A stretch of DNA of 64,000 nucleotides from an uncultured Actinomycetota bacterium (GTDB taxonomy: Bacteria; Actinomycetota; Thermoleophilia; RBG-16-64-13): assembly GCA_963736705.1 (NCBI GenBank), contig CAVTPV010000005.1, forward strand, positions 1,632,353-1,696,352, read 5' to 3'. Both the position numbers and the translations under genes were made by a program. Every line of letters starts with the position of its first letter. Position 1 is the first letter of the stretch. Below the pieces are notes generated by a model, which was given only the letters and a program-made list of their open reading frames with translations, did not search any database and was not told the DNA's origin. Of the stretch, positions 9,226 through 23,990 are shown in pieces.

Positions 9226-10851
9226 CTACTTCTTGAGCAACCCCTCCAGCAGCGCCACCTTATCCGCGCCGAAATAGGCGGCGTTGCCCTTCTTCTGGTC
9301 GGGCTCCACGCCGTTGTCCTTGATGGCCTTGCTCACCTTGGCCGGGGACACTCCCAGCTTTTCGGCGATCTTGCCCGCGCTCAGCAGTTCGTCGGCCATG
9401 GCTGTCTCGCCGTCGCCCTGTGGTTCGCTCTCGTTGGCTCGGCGGGCCCTGGCCCATGCCCGGGCCGCGGTCTGTAGTTCAGCCGCGATCGTCGGAGGGA
9501 TCTTCCCGACGATCCTGACATCCTCGTCGCGGTAGTCGAACGTGACCGTGCCCCGCTCGCGCACCCGCGCCAGCAATTCGCCCTGGGAGTACGGGACGGA
9601 CAAGTCCACGTCGCTCCACAGTTCGGCCAGCACCTCAGCTATGGCGCTCCGTAGCCGGTCGATGCCTTCTCCGGTGAGAGCCGACGCCCTCAGGACGTGT
9701 AGATCGTCCCGCCGGACCACTCCGGGGGCCGGCAGTTCGTGCGGATCTGTCCGGTCGGCCTTGTTGAGAACCACGACGCGCGGCTTGTGGCCCGCGCCCA
9801 GCTCGTCGAGGACCGTCTGCACCGTGCGCCGGTGCTCGGACGCGTGGCGGTCGGCCAGGTCGACGACCTCGATGAGGGCGTCCGCCCGGGTGACCTCTTC
9901 AAGGGTGGCCTGGAAGGCGTCCACCAGTTGGTGCGGCAGCTTGTGGATGAAGCCCACCGTGTCGCTCACGATGATCGTCTGGCCTTCGGTGAGCCGCACC
10001 CGCCGGGTGGTCGGGTCAAGGGTGGCGAAGAGCATGTCCTCGGCATGCGCGGCCTCCTCGCCCACCAGGCCGTTGAGGAGCGTCGATTTGCCGGCGTTGG
10101 TGTAGCCCACGATGGCCACGGTCGGCAGCAGACGCCGCTCGCGGGAGCGAGCGGCCGTCTCCCGGCGGCGCCGGACTTCGTCGACGCGCTCCTTGGTCTT
10201 CTTGATGCGCTGGCGGATGACCCGGCGGTCGGTCTCGAGCTGGGTCTCCCCCGGGCCTCGCGTCCCGATGCCGCCACCCGTCCGGGAAAGGTGGGTCCAC
10301 AAGCGAGTCAGCCGCGGCAGCTGATACTGGAGCTGCGCCAACTCCACCTGGATGCGCCCCTCGTGCGTCTGGGCGCGCTGCGCGAAGATGTCGAGGATCA
10401 CGCTGCTGCGGTCGAGCACCTTGACGTCCAGGAACGTCTCCAGGGTGCGCATCTGCTTGGGAGACAGTTCGTCGTCGGCCACGATGGTGGTGAACTGCAC
10501 GGAGGACTTGGCCTCTTTCAGCTCCTCCGCCTTGCCGGTGCCGAGGTACCAGACCGGATGGACCGCCTTCCCGGTTCTGCACGACCCTTCCGACGACGTC
10601 CGCGCCCGCCGTCTCCACGAGGGCGGCCAGTTCGTTCAGCGACTCCTCCGCGGTCCAGCCCTCGCCGTCGCCGGTGTCCACGGCTATGAGATAGGCCTTC
10701 TCGCGCTCCGGCGGCCGGCCGTCGTCGCGCTCCCGCGCCGCCCGCCTGCCCGTCGGCTTGGTGTCGCCCGGCCGATCGCCGCTCGGCTGATTGCCGGCCC
10801 CGGCGCGCACGCTCCCTGGGCGTTTGGGGGCTGAGTCGCTGCCGGGCTGGG

Positions 10852-10855
<4 letters not shown>
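9226..10855 (-). CDS. hflX: GTPase HflX (frameshift near 10570) with an in-frame C-terminal small HTH-like extension
   Basis: [40 protein letters not shown] and NKAD motifs. Confidence 0.93.
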
Positions 10856-13884
<3,029 letters not shown>

Positions 13885-13964
13885 GTGTCAGGATTCTAGC
13901 AGGTGCCGCGGACAGGACGGCCTAAGGGGCGGCGCCCGGCGCGCGGCAGGCCCCCGCGCCGCTC

Positions 13965-15096
13965 TCAGGCCGGCCGCGGCGCGATGGCCGCCAGCCTGGC
14001 CTTCATCTCCCGGATCTTGTCCCGCTGGTCCTCGATGGCCGGGTGGCCCGGCAGGTCCACCTTGCTGTGGAACAGCGCCAGGTTCATCTGCTCCCGCATC
14101 AGGCGCTTGACCAGCCGCTTCCCCGCGAGGCCCCTCTGCTTCTTGACCTTGCGGACCACCTTGCGCCTCTGGCGGCCGCTGCGCAGCACCCCGAACTCCT
14201 CCTGGGTGACGACGTCGCTGCCCACCTCTTCCGCCATCAGCCGGGCGAACGCCTGCGTCTCCCGCCGCCGGGCCAGCACCACCATCAGCGCCAGGAAGAT
14301 GAGGAACGGAAGCCCCTTGATGACCAGCGATCCGATGAAGGCCCCCACGCTGCCCTGCGGCCAGAGAGTCGAGCCAGGGCGAGTTCCACACGAAGTGCGC
14401 CGCCCACGAGGCCACGATAAGCGCCGCGAAGACTCCTGCCCGCTTGCGCCAACTCACCGACCCCCGCCGCGTGACGAAGTACGCGAAGCCGAATCCGAGG
14501 AGCCCGGTGAACAGCATGTGGCTGTAGAGCCCGGCCACCAGCACCCGGATGAAGAACATGCCGATGACCGCCCCCAGTCCGCCGCCGGACTCACCCGCGG
14601 CGTGGAGGAAGTACTGGATGTTCTCCACCACCTGGAAGCCCAACCCGATCATGGCGCCGTAGACGAGGCCGTCCATGAGGCCGTCGAACTCCTTGCGGGC
14701 GATGAAGTAGATCATCACCAGGCCGGCGCCTTTGTAGAACTCCTCGTCGATGGGCGCCACCAGCGAGGCCCCCCAGGAGTTCAACTGGTCGGCGGGCAGC
14801 AGCCCCTGGAAGAAGTCGAGGAACGTGGAGTTGACGATGGCCGCGAAGCTGAGGGCCACCACGCCGCCCCACAGCAGGGCGATCACGATGAGCGACACCG
14901 GCTCCGGCTCGAACTGGTCGATCCGGTAGATGATGATGCCCACGGGGATGGCCACTGCCGCCAGCAGCAGGATGGACAGGAACCAGGCCCCCGGGTATGA
15001 CAGGAAGTAACTCGCCTGCTCCAACCCCACGAGGCCCAGCCCGGCGAACACGAGGAGCACGAACAGCCAGTATGCCGGTTGCCTGCTGAGGTTCAT
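13965..15096 (-). CDS. PrsW family intramembrane metalloprotease (frameshift near 14350)
   Basis: DQFEPEP, APIDEEFYKG, GLGFQVVEN, HMLFTG and HFVWN motifs; multiple transmembrane segments. Confidence 0.85.
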
Positions 15097-15647
15097 CGCG
15101 GGATCACCAGGCTGTCGAGCATCTCATCGAGGTCTCCTTGGACCCGGGCGATCTGTCCCGCGGGAGCCACCGCCAACATGACCACTCCGGTCTGCCCGGT
15201 GGCGGCGACCACCAACTGGCCCTCGAGGTCGCTGGAGTCGGCCGTGCCGGAGAACAGCACCGACAGCGCCGGGACCCCCTCCGCCAAGGTGCCTGACGCC
15301 TCAGGAAGCGCCCGGAACGACCCGAACTGCTCGCGGGCGCCGGCCAGTTGGTCGTCGAAGAGCTGCTGAGTGGTGCCCTCGTAGGCGTCGGCGGCGAAGG
15401 CCACCAGGACGCCGGACTTCTTCAGGGAGATGGCGTTGGGCCCCACGTCCCAGGCGTTCTCGGCCGAGGTCCAGCCATCGGCGGGCGTCACGGTGACCCC
15501 CTGCCCCAGGGTCTCGGTGGCGGGAGTGGGAACGGAGCCGCCCCCCGAGGAGCCGGCCAGTATGAACACCACGATCATCCAGCCGAACATCGCGCCCACG
15601 AGCAGCAGCGGGCCGCGCCAGCGATGCACGCGGACGGCCTCGGTCAC
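15093..15647 (-). CDS. Membrane-anchored hypothetical protein, coupled to prsW-like gene
   Basis: One N-terminal transmembrane helix; its stop overlaps the PrsW start (ATGA). Confidence 0.6.
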   Translation of the reverse strand: MTEAVRVHRWRGPLLLVGAMFGWMIVVFILAGSSGGGSVPTPATETLGQGVTVTPADGWTSAENAWDVGPNAISLKKSGVLVAFAADAYEGTTQQLFDDQLAGAREQFGSFRALPEASGTLAEGVPALSVLFSGTADSSDLEGQLVVAATGQTGVVMLAVAPAGQIARVQGDLDEMLDSLVIPR

Positions 15648-15740
15648 GGGACGAGGCGGAGCCCCGCGGACCTTGTATGTGGAGGAGATGTCGGTCTCGG
15701 CTGCTATGTCACTCCCGCTCGGTCCGGATGGCTGCTCGGG

Positions 15741-16913
15741 CTAGATCAGAGGGCTCGTTCGAGGATGACCTTGACGATGTCCAAGGTCAAGTCCCTCGTC
15801 TCCGACAAGGCCGTCATCCCCTGGGCTTCCAGCCCGGCGAGTACGTCCGGCAGCTGGTCGGCGCCGACTCCGTAGTCGCTCAGATGGGTCTTTATGCCCA
15901 GGCTCTCGAAGAACCATCTGCGTCTTGTCGATGGCCTGATCGATCTTCTCGTCGTCGGAGCCTTCGGTCAGGCCCCACACGCGCTCCGCGTACTGGACGA
16001 GTTTGTCGTGCTTCTTGTCGCGGCGGACATCCATGAGCACCGGCAGCACGATGGCCAGGGTCTTGGCGTGGTCGATGCCGAACTTCGCGGTGAGTTCGTG
16101 CCCGATCATGTGGGTGGCCCAGTCCTGCGGCACCCCTGCGCCCACCAGGCCGGACAACGCCAGGGTCGCGCACCATTCATGGTTGGCCCGGGCCAGGTAG
16201 TTCTCCGGCTCGGCCACCGACGTCGGGCCGACCTCGACGAGGGTCTGGAGCACGCTCTCGGCGATCCTGTCCTGGATGAGCGCGCCCACCGGGTACGTGA
16301 GGTACAACTCGATGACGTGGATGAAGGCGTCCACCACCCCGTTGGCCACCTGGGTCTCGGGAAGGGTGAACGTGAGCGTCGGGTCGAGGATGGAGAACTT
16401 CGGGAACGTGAGCGGGCTCATGACCGAGTACTTCGAGTGCTGGTACGTGACCACGGCTCCCATGTTCATCTCCGAGCCGGTGGCCGGCAGCGTGAGCACC
16501 ACCCCGAACGGCACGGCCTGCTTCACCACCGGCGGCGTGATGGGCTTGAAGCCGAACTTCAGCAGGTCGGTGGGCTCGCCGTCGTAGTGAGCGGCCAGCG
16601 CCACGAACTTGGTGCCGTCGATGACCGAACCACCGCCCACGGCGACCATGAAATCGATCTTCTTCTCGCGGACCATGTCGATGGCCTTGAGGAGCGTGTC
16701 GTACTCCGGGTTGGGCTCGATGCCGCCGAACTCAAAGACCTCGCGCTCTCCGAGCAGCTCACGGATCTTGTCGATGAGCCCGCTGCGCTTGGCGCTGCCG
16801 CCGCCGTAGGTGATGAGGACGCGCGCGTCCTTCGGGATCTCCCCGGCGATCTTGTCGACACGGCCCTTGCCGAAGAGGATGCGCGTGGGGTTGTAGAAGT
16901 TGAAATTGAGCAC
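15741..16913 (-). CDS. Iron-containing alcohol dehydrogenase (YqhD/Bdh-like), frameshift near the C-terminus
   Basis: NFNFYNPTRILFG, GGIEPNP, AVGGGSVIDG, TLPATGSE, DWATHMIGHE. Confidence 0.9.
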   Translation of the reverse strand: MLNFNFYNPTRILFGKGRVDKIAGEIPKDARVLITYGGGSAKRSGLIDKIRELLGEREVFEFGGIEPNPEYDTLLKAIDMVREKKIDFMVAVGGGSVIDGTKFVALAAHYDGEPTDLLKFGFKPITPPVVKQAVPFGVVLTLPATGSEMNMGAVVTYQHSKYSVMSPLTFPKFSILDPTLTFTLPETQVANGVVDAFIHVIELYLTYPVGALIQDRIAESVLQTLVEVGPTSVAEPENYLARANHEWCATLALSGLVGAGVPQDWATHMIGHELTAKFGIDHAKTLAIVLPVLMDVRRDKKHDKLVQYAERVWGLTEGSDDEKIDQAIDKTQMVLREPGHKDPSERLRSRRRPAAGRTRRAGSPGDDGLVGDEGLDLGHRQGHPRTSPLI

Positions 16914-16974
16914 CTAGGTCTCCCTTTCTGGGTCATTCGGCGGCAGGTCGTCCCACCGCGGGTCCCCGGGAAAG

Positions 16975-17021
16975 GAAAAGCCCCTTCGACGTCCTGATGA
17001 AAGACGCCCAAGGGGCTTTCC
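16975..17021 (-). terminator. Hairpin immediately downstream of tRNA-Ala
   Basis: AAAGCCCCTT...AAGGGGCTTT inverted repeat. Confidence 0.5.
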
Positions 17022-17032
17022 GTCCCGTGAGG

Positions 17033-17105
17033 TGGAGGTAAGGGGACTCGAACCCCTGGCCTCAACGCTGCCAGCGTCGCGCTCTCCCAACTGAGCTATA
17101 CCCCC
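17033..17105 (-). tRNA. tRNA-Ala(GGC), CCA not fully encoded
   Basis: GGGGGTATAGCTCAGTTGGGAGAGCGCGACGCTGGCAGCGTTGAGGCCAGGGGTTCGAGTCCCCTTACCTCCA; cloverleaf with G3:U70. Confidence 0.97.
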
Positions 17106-17157
17106 ACGGCAAGGCGGTCACGGATTATATCGGCTGCCTCCGGTCCGTGCAACCGCG

Positions 17158-17660
17158 CTACTCGATCGACCTCTCGACCGGCGCGCTCTTCCACAGCACG
17201 TCCAGCCGGTAGAAGTCCCGCGCTTCCGGCGTGAACACGTGCACGATGAAGTCCAGGTAGTCCATGAGGATCCACTCGCCTCCGCCCACGCCCTCGACGC
17301 CGGCCGGCATGATCTTGAACTCCTGCTTGAGCTTGAAGGCCACCTCTTCCGCGATGCGCTTGCGTCAGGCGGACGTTGCTGCCGGTGCAGAGCACCAGGA
17401 AGTCCGTGTAGGTGACCAGCTCGTGCATGTCGAGGAGCTTGACGTCCTCCGCCTTTGACGTCCGACGCGACTTTGGCCGCCAACAGGGCGCGCTCGTGGA
17501 TGGCCTCGATCTCGGCCTGGGTGGCGGGATCCCGGGGCCGGTCGCGGACCACGACGGATTCGATGAGCGACGCGGCGTCGGCCGCGCCCCCTTCCAGGGT
17601 ATCGGCGTCGTGCGACGCGCCTTCCGGCGCGCCGGTCAGATCGTCTTCATGTGATTCCAT
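17158..17660 (-). CDS. rsfS: Ribosome silencing factor with acidic N-terminal extension (frameshifted)
   Basis: [18 protein letters not shown] and [28 protein letters not shown]. Confidence 0.9.
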
Positions 17661-17663
17661 GTG

Positions 17664-19193
17664 CTACTCCCACTCGATGGTCGATGGCGGTTTGCTCGAG
17701 ATGTCGAGCACCACCCGGTTGACCCCCGGGACCTCGTTGATGATGCGTTGCGAGATGCGCTCCAGCAGGTCGTAGGGCAGGCGCGCCCAGTCGGCGGTCA
17801 TGGCGTCGTCGGAGGTGACGGCCCGCAGCACGATGGGGTAGGCGTAGGTCCGCTCGTCGCCCATGACACCCACGCTGCGGATGGCCGGCAGCACCGCGAA
17901 GGACTGCCAGATCTGCCGGTAGAGGCCGGCCTTCCTCATCTCCTCCAGGAAGATGGCGTCGGCCTCGCGCAGGATGTGCAGCCGTTCCTCGGTGACGTCG
18001 CCGATGATGCGGATGGCCAGGCCCGGCCCCGGGAACGGCTGCCGCCACACGATGTGCTCGGGCAGGCCCAGCTCCTCGCCCACCACGCGCACCTCGTCCT
18101 TGAAGAGCATGCGCAGCGGCTCCACCAGGTCGAAGTCGACATCCTCGGGCAGGCCGCCCACGTTGTGGTGCGACTTGATCTTGGCGGCCGTCCGGGTGCC
18201 CGACTCGATGACGTCGGAATAGAGCGTGCCCTGCACCAGGAAGTCGGCCTTGCCGAGCTTGTGCGACTCCTCCTCGAAGACGCGGATGAACTCCTCGCCG
18301 ATGATCTTGCGCTTGGTCTCCGGGTCGGAGACGCCGGCCAGCTTGGTCAGGAAGCGCTCCTGGGCCTGCACGTGCACCAGCGGCACGTGGAAGTGGCGGC
18401 GGAAGGTGTCCTCCACCTCCTGCGCCCTCGTCCTTGCGCATGAGGCCGTGGTCCACGAAGATGCAGGTGAGCTGGTCGCCCACCGCCTTGTAGGTGAGCA
18501 GGGCCGCGACGGCCGAATCGACGCCGCCGGAGAGGCCGCAGACCACGCGTCTGTCGCCCACCTGGGCCCGGATGCGCTCCACGGCTTCCTCGATGATGGA
18601 CACCGGGGTCCACGTCGGGGCGATGTCGCAGATCTTGTAGAGGAAGTTCTTGAGGATGTCCTGGCCGTGGGCCGTGTGCCGCACCTCGGGATGGAACTGC
18701 ACGCCGTAGAGGCCGCGGTGCGCGTCCTCCATGGCCGCCACCGGCATGTTGGGGCTCTGGGCGGTCACGCAGAAACCCGGCGGGGATCTCCACCACGGAG
18801 TCGCCGTGGCTCATCCAGCAGGCCAGCTCCGCCGGGATGCCGGCGAACAGCGTGGCCTGGCTTGGTGATGCTGAGCGGGCGGCCGCCGTATTCCGCGGAC
18901 TCGGTGCGGGCCACCTCGCCGCCCCGGAGCTTGGCCATGAGCTGCAGGCCGTAGCAGATGCCCAGGATGGGCACGCCCAGCTCGAAGATGGCCGGGTCCG
19001 GCATGGGCGCGGCCTCTTGGTTGACGCTCGACGGCCCGCCCGACAGGATGATGCCCACCGGCTTGCGCGCCTTGATCTGCTCCACCGGCGTGTCGTAGGG
19101 GATGAGCTCCGAGTACACCCGGCATTCACGGACACGCCTGGCGATCAGCTGGGCGTACTGCCCCCCGAAATCCAGCACCAGGACGGTAGCCAC
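17664..19193 (-). CDS. guaA: GMP synthase (glutamine-hydrolysing), frameshifted
   Basis: [46 protein letters not shown]. Confidence 0.96.
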
Positions 19194-19210
19194 TCCATCA
19201 GCCTTGCTAT

Positions 19211-20155
19211 TCAGCGGGCACCTCCTCGAGTTCCACCCGTTTTGCCAATCTGTTCCGCGTCCGCGGGCACGAACACGCCTGCTCCGTAGCGGATGAGGTT
19301 CGCGGCGGCGCAGCCCAGCCCGAACCGGAGACACTCGAGCGGCCCCTCTCCGTCCAGGAGCTTGACCGCGTAGCCGCCCACGAGAGCGTCTCCCCATCCC
19401 AGTGGGGAGAGAGTATCAACATCGGGCATCCTGCCGATGAAGGTGCGATAGCAGCCGTCGATCTCCAGTTCCGCGATGCAGCCGAACCGGAAGGTGATGA
19501 TCACCGAGCCGGCACCCATCTCCCGCATGCGCCGCGCGGCCTGGACGCGGTCCTCCATGCTGGTGAACTCGTAGCCGATGACCTTCTCGGCCTCGATCAG
19601 CTTCGGGAAGATGATGTCCGGCCGGGCCTTGATGCCCAGGCGGAGCGGCTCGCCGTAGGTGTGAAGAAGGTCTTGACGCCCAGCGGCTTCAGCTTCTGGA
19701 TCATGCGGGCGTAGCAGTCGTCCGTCCAGTCCCAGGGGCACGCTGCCCGCCAGGACCACGATCTCCGCCGCCCTGCCCAGGTAGTCGAGCTTGTCGAAGA
19801 GCGCTTCCAGCTCTTCGGGCTGGATCTCCGGCCCTTGCTCGTTGATCTCGGTGATGCCGTTGGTGGCCGAGTCGACCACCGCCGTGGAGATGCGCGACTC
19901 GCCGGCCACCCGCACGAAGTCGCAGAGGATGCCCTCGCCGTTGAGGTCGGCCACGATCTGGTCGCCCTTGCGGCCGCCCACGAAGCCGGTGGCAATGACC
20001 GGCCGGCCCAGCGTCTTGACGACCCGGGCGACGTTGATGCCCTTGCCGCCCGGCAGGATGACGGTGTCGGTGGCCCGGTGCCGCATGCCCGCCTGGAAGT
20101 TCGGCACGGTCATGGTGCGGTCGAGCGCCGGGTTGAGAGTCACGGTGAGGATCAT
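19211..20155 (-). CDS. 1-phosphofructokinase family (PfkB) hexose kinase
   Basis: [29 protein letters not shown]; internal compensating frameshift. Confidence 0.85.
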   Translation of the reverse strand: MILTVTLNPALDRTMTVPNFQAGMRHRATDTVILPGGKGINVARVVKTLGRPVIATGFVGGRKGDQIVADLNGEGILCDFVRVAGESRISTAVVDSATNGITEINEQGPEIQPEELEALFDKLDYLGRAAEIVVLAGSVPLGLDGRLLRPHDPEAEAAGRQDLLHTYGEPLRLGIKARPDIIFPKLIEAEKVIGYEFTSMEDRVQAARRMREMGAGSVIITFRFGCIAELEIDGCYRTFIGRMPDVDTLSPLGWGDALVGGYAVKLLDGEGPLECLRFGLGCAAANLIRYGAGVFVPADAEQIGKTGGTRGGAR

Positions 20156-20205
20156 GTTGAAAGCCCCGCTAGCGAATCAGTAAGGGACAAGCTTAACAGC
20201 AAAGC

Positions 20206-21472
20206 TCAGTCGAACAGGCGATGCCAGTAATAGGCGAACTTGGAGCCGAGAGTGACGCTGCCAAAGGACTTCGTGGCCACCAGGTTCACGCGGCCCACCT
20301 CTTTGTCGCCGGCCTTGACCACCACGTGGCCGTAGACATCCCCCGCCTTGATGGGCAGGGTGAGCGCCTTGTCGACGGTGACCTCGGTGGTGATGACCTC
20401 GTCGGCGGCCATCTGGGTCGCCAGAGCGCCATCGGTGACGAGTTGCACCTTGCCGTCCCCATGGAAGGGCACGGTGGCCTCCGCCAGGACGTACCCTTTG
20501 TCGATGATCTCCACCGGGCGGTACTGGCTCAGCCCGTACTGCAGCAATTCGGCGCTGTCTTCGAACCGGGCGTCGCTGTCCTCGTTGCCCAGGACCACCG
20601 CGATGACCTCCCGGCCGTCCTTGGCGCCCGACGAGACGAGGCAGTAGTCGCCGTTGGGCGTGCTGCCGGTCTTGATGCCGTTCACCCAGCTGTAGTCGGT
20701 GAGCAGGGAGTTGGTGTTCTTGAGGAGCAGATCGGACTCGCCCGTCGATCTCCAGGGTGTACTGCTTCGTCTCGACGAGCTTGCGGAACGTCTCGTTCTT
20801 CATGGCGTAGCGGCTCACGATGGCCATGTCGGCGGCGGTGGAGTAGTGGCCCTCGGCGTCCAGCCCGTTGGGCGTGACGAAGTGGGTGTCGTCCATGCCC
20901 AGTTCCTCGGCCTTCGCGTTCATCTTCTCGGCGAACTTGGCCACGGTGCCGGCGTCGTTCTCGGCCAGAGCGACGGCCGCCCCGTTCATGCTCCTGCAGC
21001 ATCAGCGCGTACAGCAACTGCCTGACGGTCAGTCTGTCCCCGGCGCTCACCCACTTGCTGACTTCCCAGGTGCCCGCAGCCCGCGCCGATACCTTCACCG
21101 TGGACTGTCAAGATCCACGCCGGATTCGAGCACCAGGATGGCCGTCATGATCTTGGTGGTGGACGCCATGGCCCGGCGCGTGTTGGCCTTCTTCGAGTAG
21201 AGCACCTTGCCGGTGTCCATCGCCTCGACGATCACCGAGGGGGAACTGATGGAGGGGGTGTCCTCGCCGCCGAAGCCGCCCAGATCGGCGGCGGTCATCT
21301 GGTAGGTCTCGGATAGGGCGGAGCCGGCCGGCGCCACCACTTCCGTGGAAAGCGTGGTCGTCGCCGGCGCGCCCAGAGCGACACCCGCGACCGCCACCGC
21401 GAGGACGGCCAGCACTACGACAAACAGAAGGAGCGGCAACAGCCGCCCCCGTCTTGGACTCGAGCCCCTCAT
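20206..21472 (-). CDS. D-alanyl-D-alanine carboxypeptidase (peptidase S11), frameshifted
   Basis: Signal peptide, ASTTK (SxxK), FVTPNGL, GIKTG and PBP5-like C-terminal domain. Confidence 0.88.
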
Positions 21473-21547
21473 AGCCGCGAGTATAGCCTATGGCCTATAC
21501 TTCGGCCCCAACGGCGTCTGAAACGGGGAGGTACGACCATCGCCGAG

Positions 21548-22299
21548 GTGTTCCGCCAGGTATGGAAGCGCTTGGCCCACAAGCAGTGGTTGATCTTCTA
21601 CCCGCTGGCGTTGGCCATCATCAATACGCTGGCCTTTCTGGCGGTGTACAGCGCCGCCGGCGGGACCTTCGCTGGAGCACCTTCTTCGCCGCCAACTACG
21701 CCGGCCAGCGCTGGCAGTTCATCGCCGACCACTTCATCACCGGTTTCTCGTTCACGCCCGCTCTGGCGGTAGCCGTGTTCGTGGGTCTGGCGGCCTGCGT
21801 GTTCTCGGCCATGCTGCGGGCGCCGCTCTTCCGGGCCATCGCCGGCTACGACTACCCGCTCACCCCCAAGAGCTGGGATGAGACCGCGAGGCTGTCGCTC
21901 TTCTACGTGGTCTTCTACCTGGTGCTCGTGGTGCTGCCCTTCGCCGTCCCCGCGAGCTCCGCGTTCCGTGTGGCGGTCGGGTGGATCGCCCTCGTGATCA
22001 GCCTGTTCCTCATCTACGCCGACTACATCATCGTGTTCGAGGACATGGCGTTCATCCCGGCCATCCGGCGCAGCGCCCAGCTGCTTGCCCGGCGCTGGCC
22101 TCCGGCGCTCGGCATCCTGGTGATCTGGTGGTTCATCGACCTGGGCTTCAACGCGCTCTACAGCCGCTACTACACCAGCGCCGAGGGGGTGTTCCTGCTC
22201 ATCCCCCTGAGCGAGATACTCGTCTTCTCGTTCTTCTCGCTCCTGCTCGACCTGCTGCTCATATTCCTGTACGAGCATGTCCGGCAGGCTGGGCGGTAG
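21548..22299 (+). CDS. Multi-pass membrane protein (frameshift near 21670)
   Basis: About six hydrophobic helices across ORFs 21548-21772 and 21490-22299. Confidence 0.65.
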
Positions 22300-22382
22300 C
22301 GAGCGGGCACACCCCTCTCCGCTTCAAACCACCGCTCACGCGCCGCTAGCCGCTTCGAGGCATGCGCCCGCTCGCTACCCCA

Positions 22383-22628
22383 CTACTTTTCAGGCTTCAC
22401 AGGTGGCTCGTCGCTTCGCGACATCGCCTCTAGGGGTCTATCAGCACCGTCTGGCTTGTGGTCGGCGGCGCCTTCGGCGACTCGTACTTCTTGTCTCCCT
22501 GGACCGCGCCACTCAGCACCAAGGCGCAGACTATCGCCACCGCTATCACGAAGAGAAGCGCCGGCAGGACCACCGCCCTGCAGCCAGGGGGCGTCCAGGC
22601 CCTCGTAGGTGGCGTCGGTCCTAGGCAC
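22383..22628 (-). CDS. Small membrane protein (frameshifted, end uncertain)
   Basis: GTG overlaps the pyrF end; TM segment VVLPALLFVIAVAIVCALVL. Confidence 0.4.
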   Translation of the reverse strand: MPRTDATYEGLDAPWLQGGGPAGASLRDSGGDSLRLGAEWRGPGRQEVRVAEGAADHKPDGADRPLEAMSRSDEPPVKPEK

Positions 22629-23527
22629 GGCCCGCGGCCTGCCACAGGGCGGCCCTCATGGCCGCCGCCTCTTCGCGGGCGGCGTCCACCCAGTACTTGC
22701 TCGGGGCCTTCTTGTAGGCGTAGAGGATCGCCCGGGCCGAGTTGACCACGGCGCCCGTGCCCTCGGCGTCGAACATGCGCGGCGATGTCGGCCGCGGTGG
22801 CGCCCTGGGCCCCGTAGCCCGGGATGAGGAACGGCACGCCGGCCAGGCGCTTGCGCAGGGCTGCGCCCTCTTCAGGGTGAGTGCCCCCCACCACGGCGCC
22901 GATGGAGCTGTAGCCCCGGTCGCCCACGGCGGAGCGGCCCCACTCCGCGACCAGATCGGCCACGTGGTCGTAGACCGGGCGCCGGACTGCAGGAGCTGGT
23001 CCTGGATCTCCGACGAGCGTCGGGTTGGAGGTCTTCACCAGGACGTAGGCGCCCTTGCCCTGCTCGCGGCAGCGCTTGAAGAACGGCTCCAGGCCGTCGG
23101 TGCCGAAGTAGGGGTTGACCGTGACGGCGTCGGCGCCGGCCACGTCGAGGTGCGCCTTGGCGTAGGCCTCAGCCGTGCTGCCGATGTCGCCGCGCTTGAC
23201 GTCGGCGATGACCAGTAGGCCCAGTGACTGCGCAAACGCGACCGTCTGTTCGTAGGAGATGTAGCCGGGCGCGCCCAGGGCCTCGAAGTACGCGATCTGG
23301 ATCTTGACGGCACAGACCTCCGCGGCGAGCGCCGGCAGCAGGGTGCTCAGGAAGGCCCGGTAGCACGCGGCCTTCATCTCCGCCTCGTCGTCGTAGTCCT
23401 CGGGTGGATGCGAAGCCACTATCTCCGGCGGCAGCGAGCCGTATTCCGGATCGAGACCCACGACCACATGGGAACGCTTGCTCTCGATGGCCTCAAGAAG
23501 GCGGTCGCCGAAATGCTCCTGCGTCAC
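22621..23527 (-). CDS. pyrF: Orotidine 5'-phosphate decarboxylase (frameshifted)
   Basis: VVGLDP, VKIQIAYFE, DVKRGDIGSTAEAY, VKTSNP, LIPGYGAQG. Confidence 0.93.
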
Positions 23528-23583
23528 TTCCCCTCACCTCGCTCCACTCGTAGCTATCGCCGCCCACCGGCATCCGCCGGGAG

Positions 23584-23610
23584 AAAAGAAAAGGGCCGCC
23601 GAAGCGGCCC
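23584..23610 (-). terminator. Intrinsic terminator of hup
   Basis: GGGCCGC-TTCG-GCGGCCC followed by TTTTCTTTT on the minus strand. Confidence 0.85.
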
Positions 23611-23637
23611 CCCTCAGTCGCAACATCCGGTCCCGGA

Positions 23638-23910
23638 CTACTTGACCGCGTTCTTCAGAGCCACGCCGGCGCTGAACTTCGGAACGGTGGTAGCGGGAAT
23701 GGTGATCTTGGCCTTGGTCTGCGGGTTGATCCCCTCCCGAGCGTCACGGGCCTGGACATAGAACTTGCCGAAGCCGGTGAACTGCACGTCGTCGCCCTTC
23801 TTGAGGGCATCGGTGATCACCTCAACAAAAGCGTCGCACACGGCTGCGGCGTCTTTCTTGGTCAGGCCACTCTTGGCCGCGAGCTTGTCGACGAAATCAG
23901 CCTTGGTCAC
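23638..23910 (-). CDS. hup: DNA-binding protein HU
   Basis: AAAGGGAGG RBS; VTKADFVDKLA...FTGFGKF...REGINPQT...PKFSAG. Confidence 0.95.
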   Translation of the reverse strand: MTKADFVDKLAAKSGLTKKDAAAVCDAFVEVITDALKKGDDVQFTGFGKFYVQARDAREGINPQTKAKITIPATTVPKFSAGVALKNAVK

Positions 23911-23990
23911 AGCATCCTCCCTTTCGCTAGCTGAACACACCCCAGATTCAACGTTACCAAATCCTCCACAGTGCACAAGCACCGATTTGG

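Noticed and set aside
16990-17010. CTGATGA...AAA resembling a hammerhead ribozyme core
   Set aside because: No stem II between CTGATGA and GAAA; it is the loop region of the hairpin after tRNA-Ala
17030-17033. tRNA-Ala ends in CCT, possibly an integration scar
   Set aside because: CCA-less tRNA genes are common, and no duplicated 3' end or integrase was seen nearby
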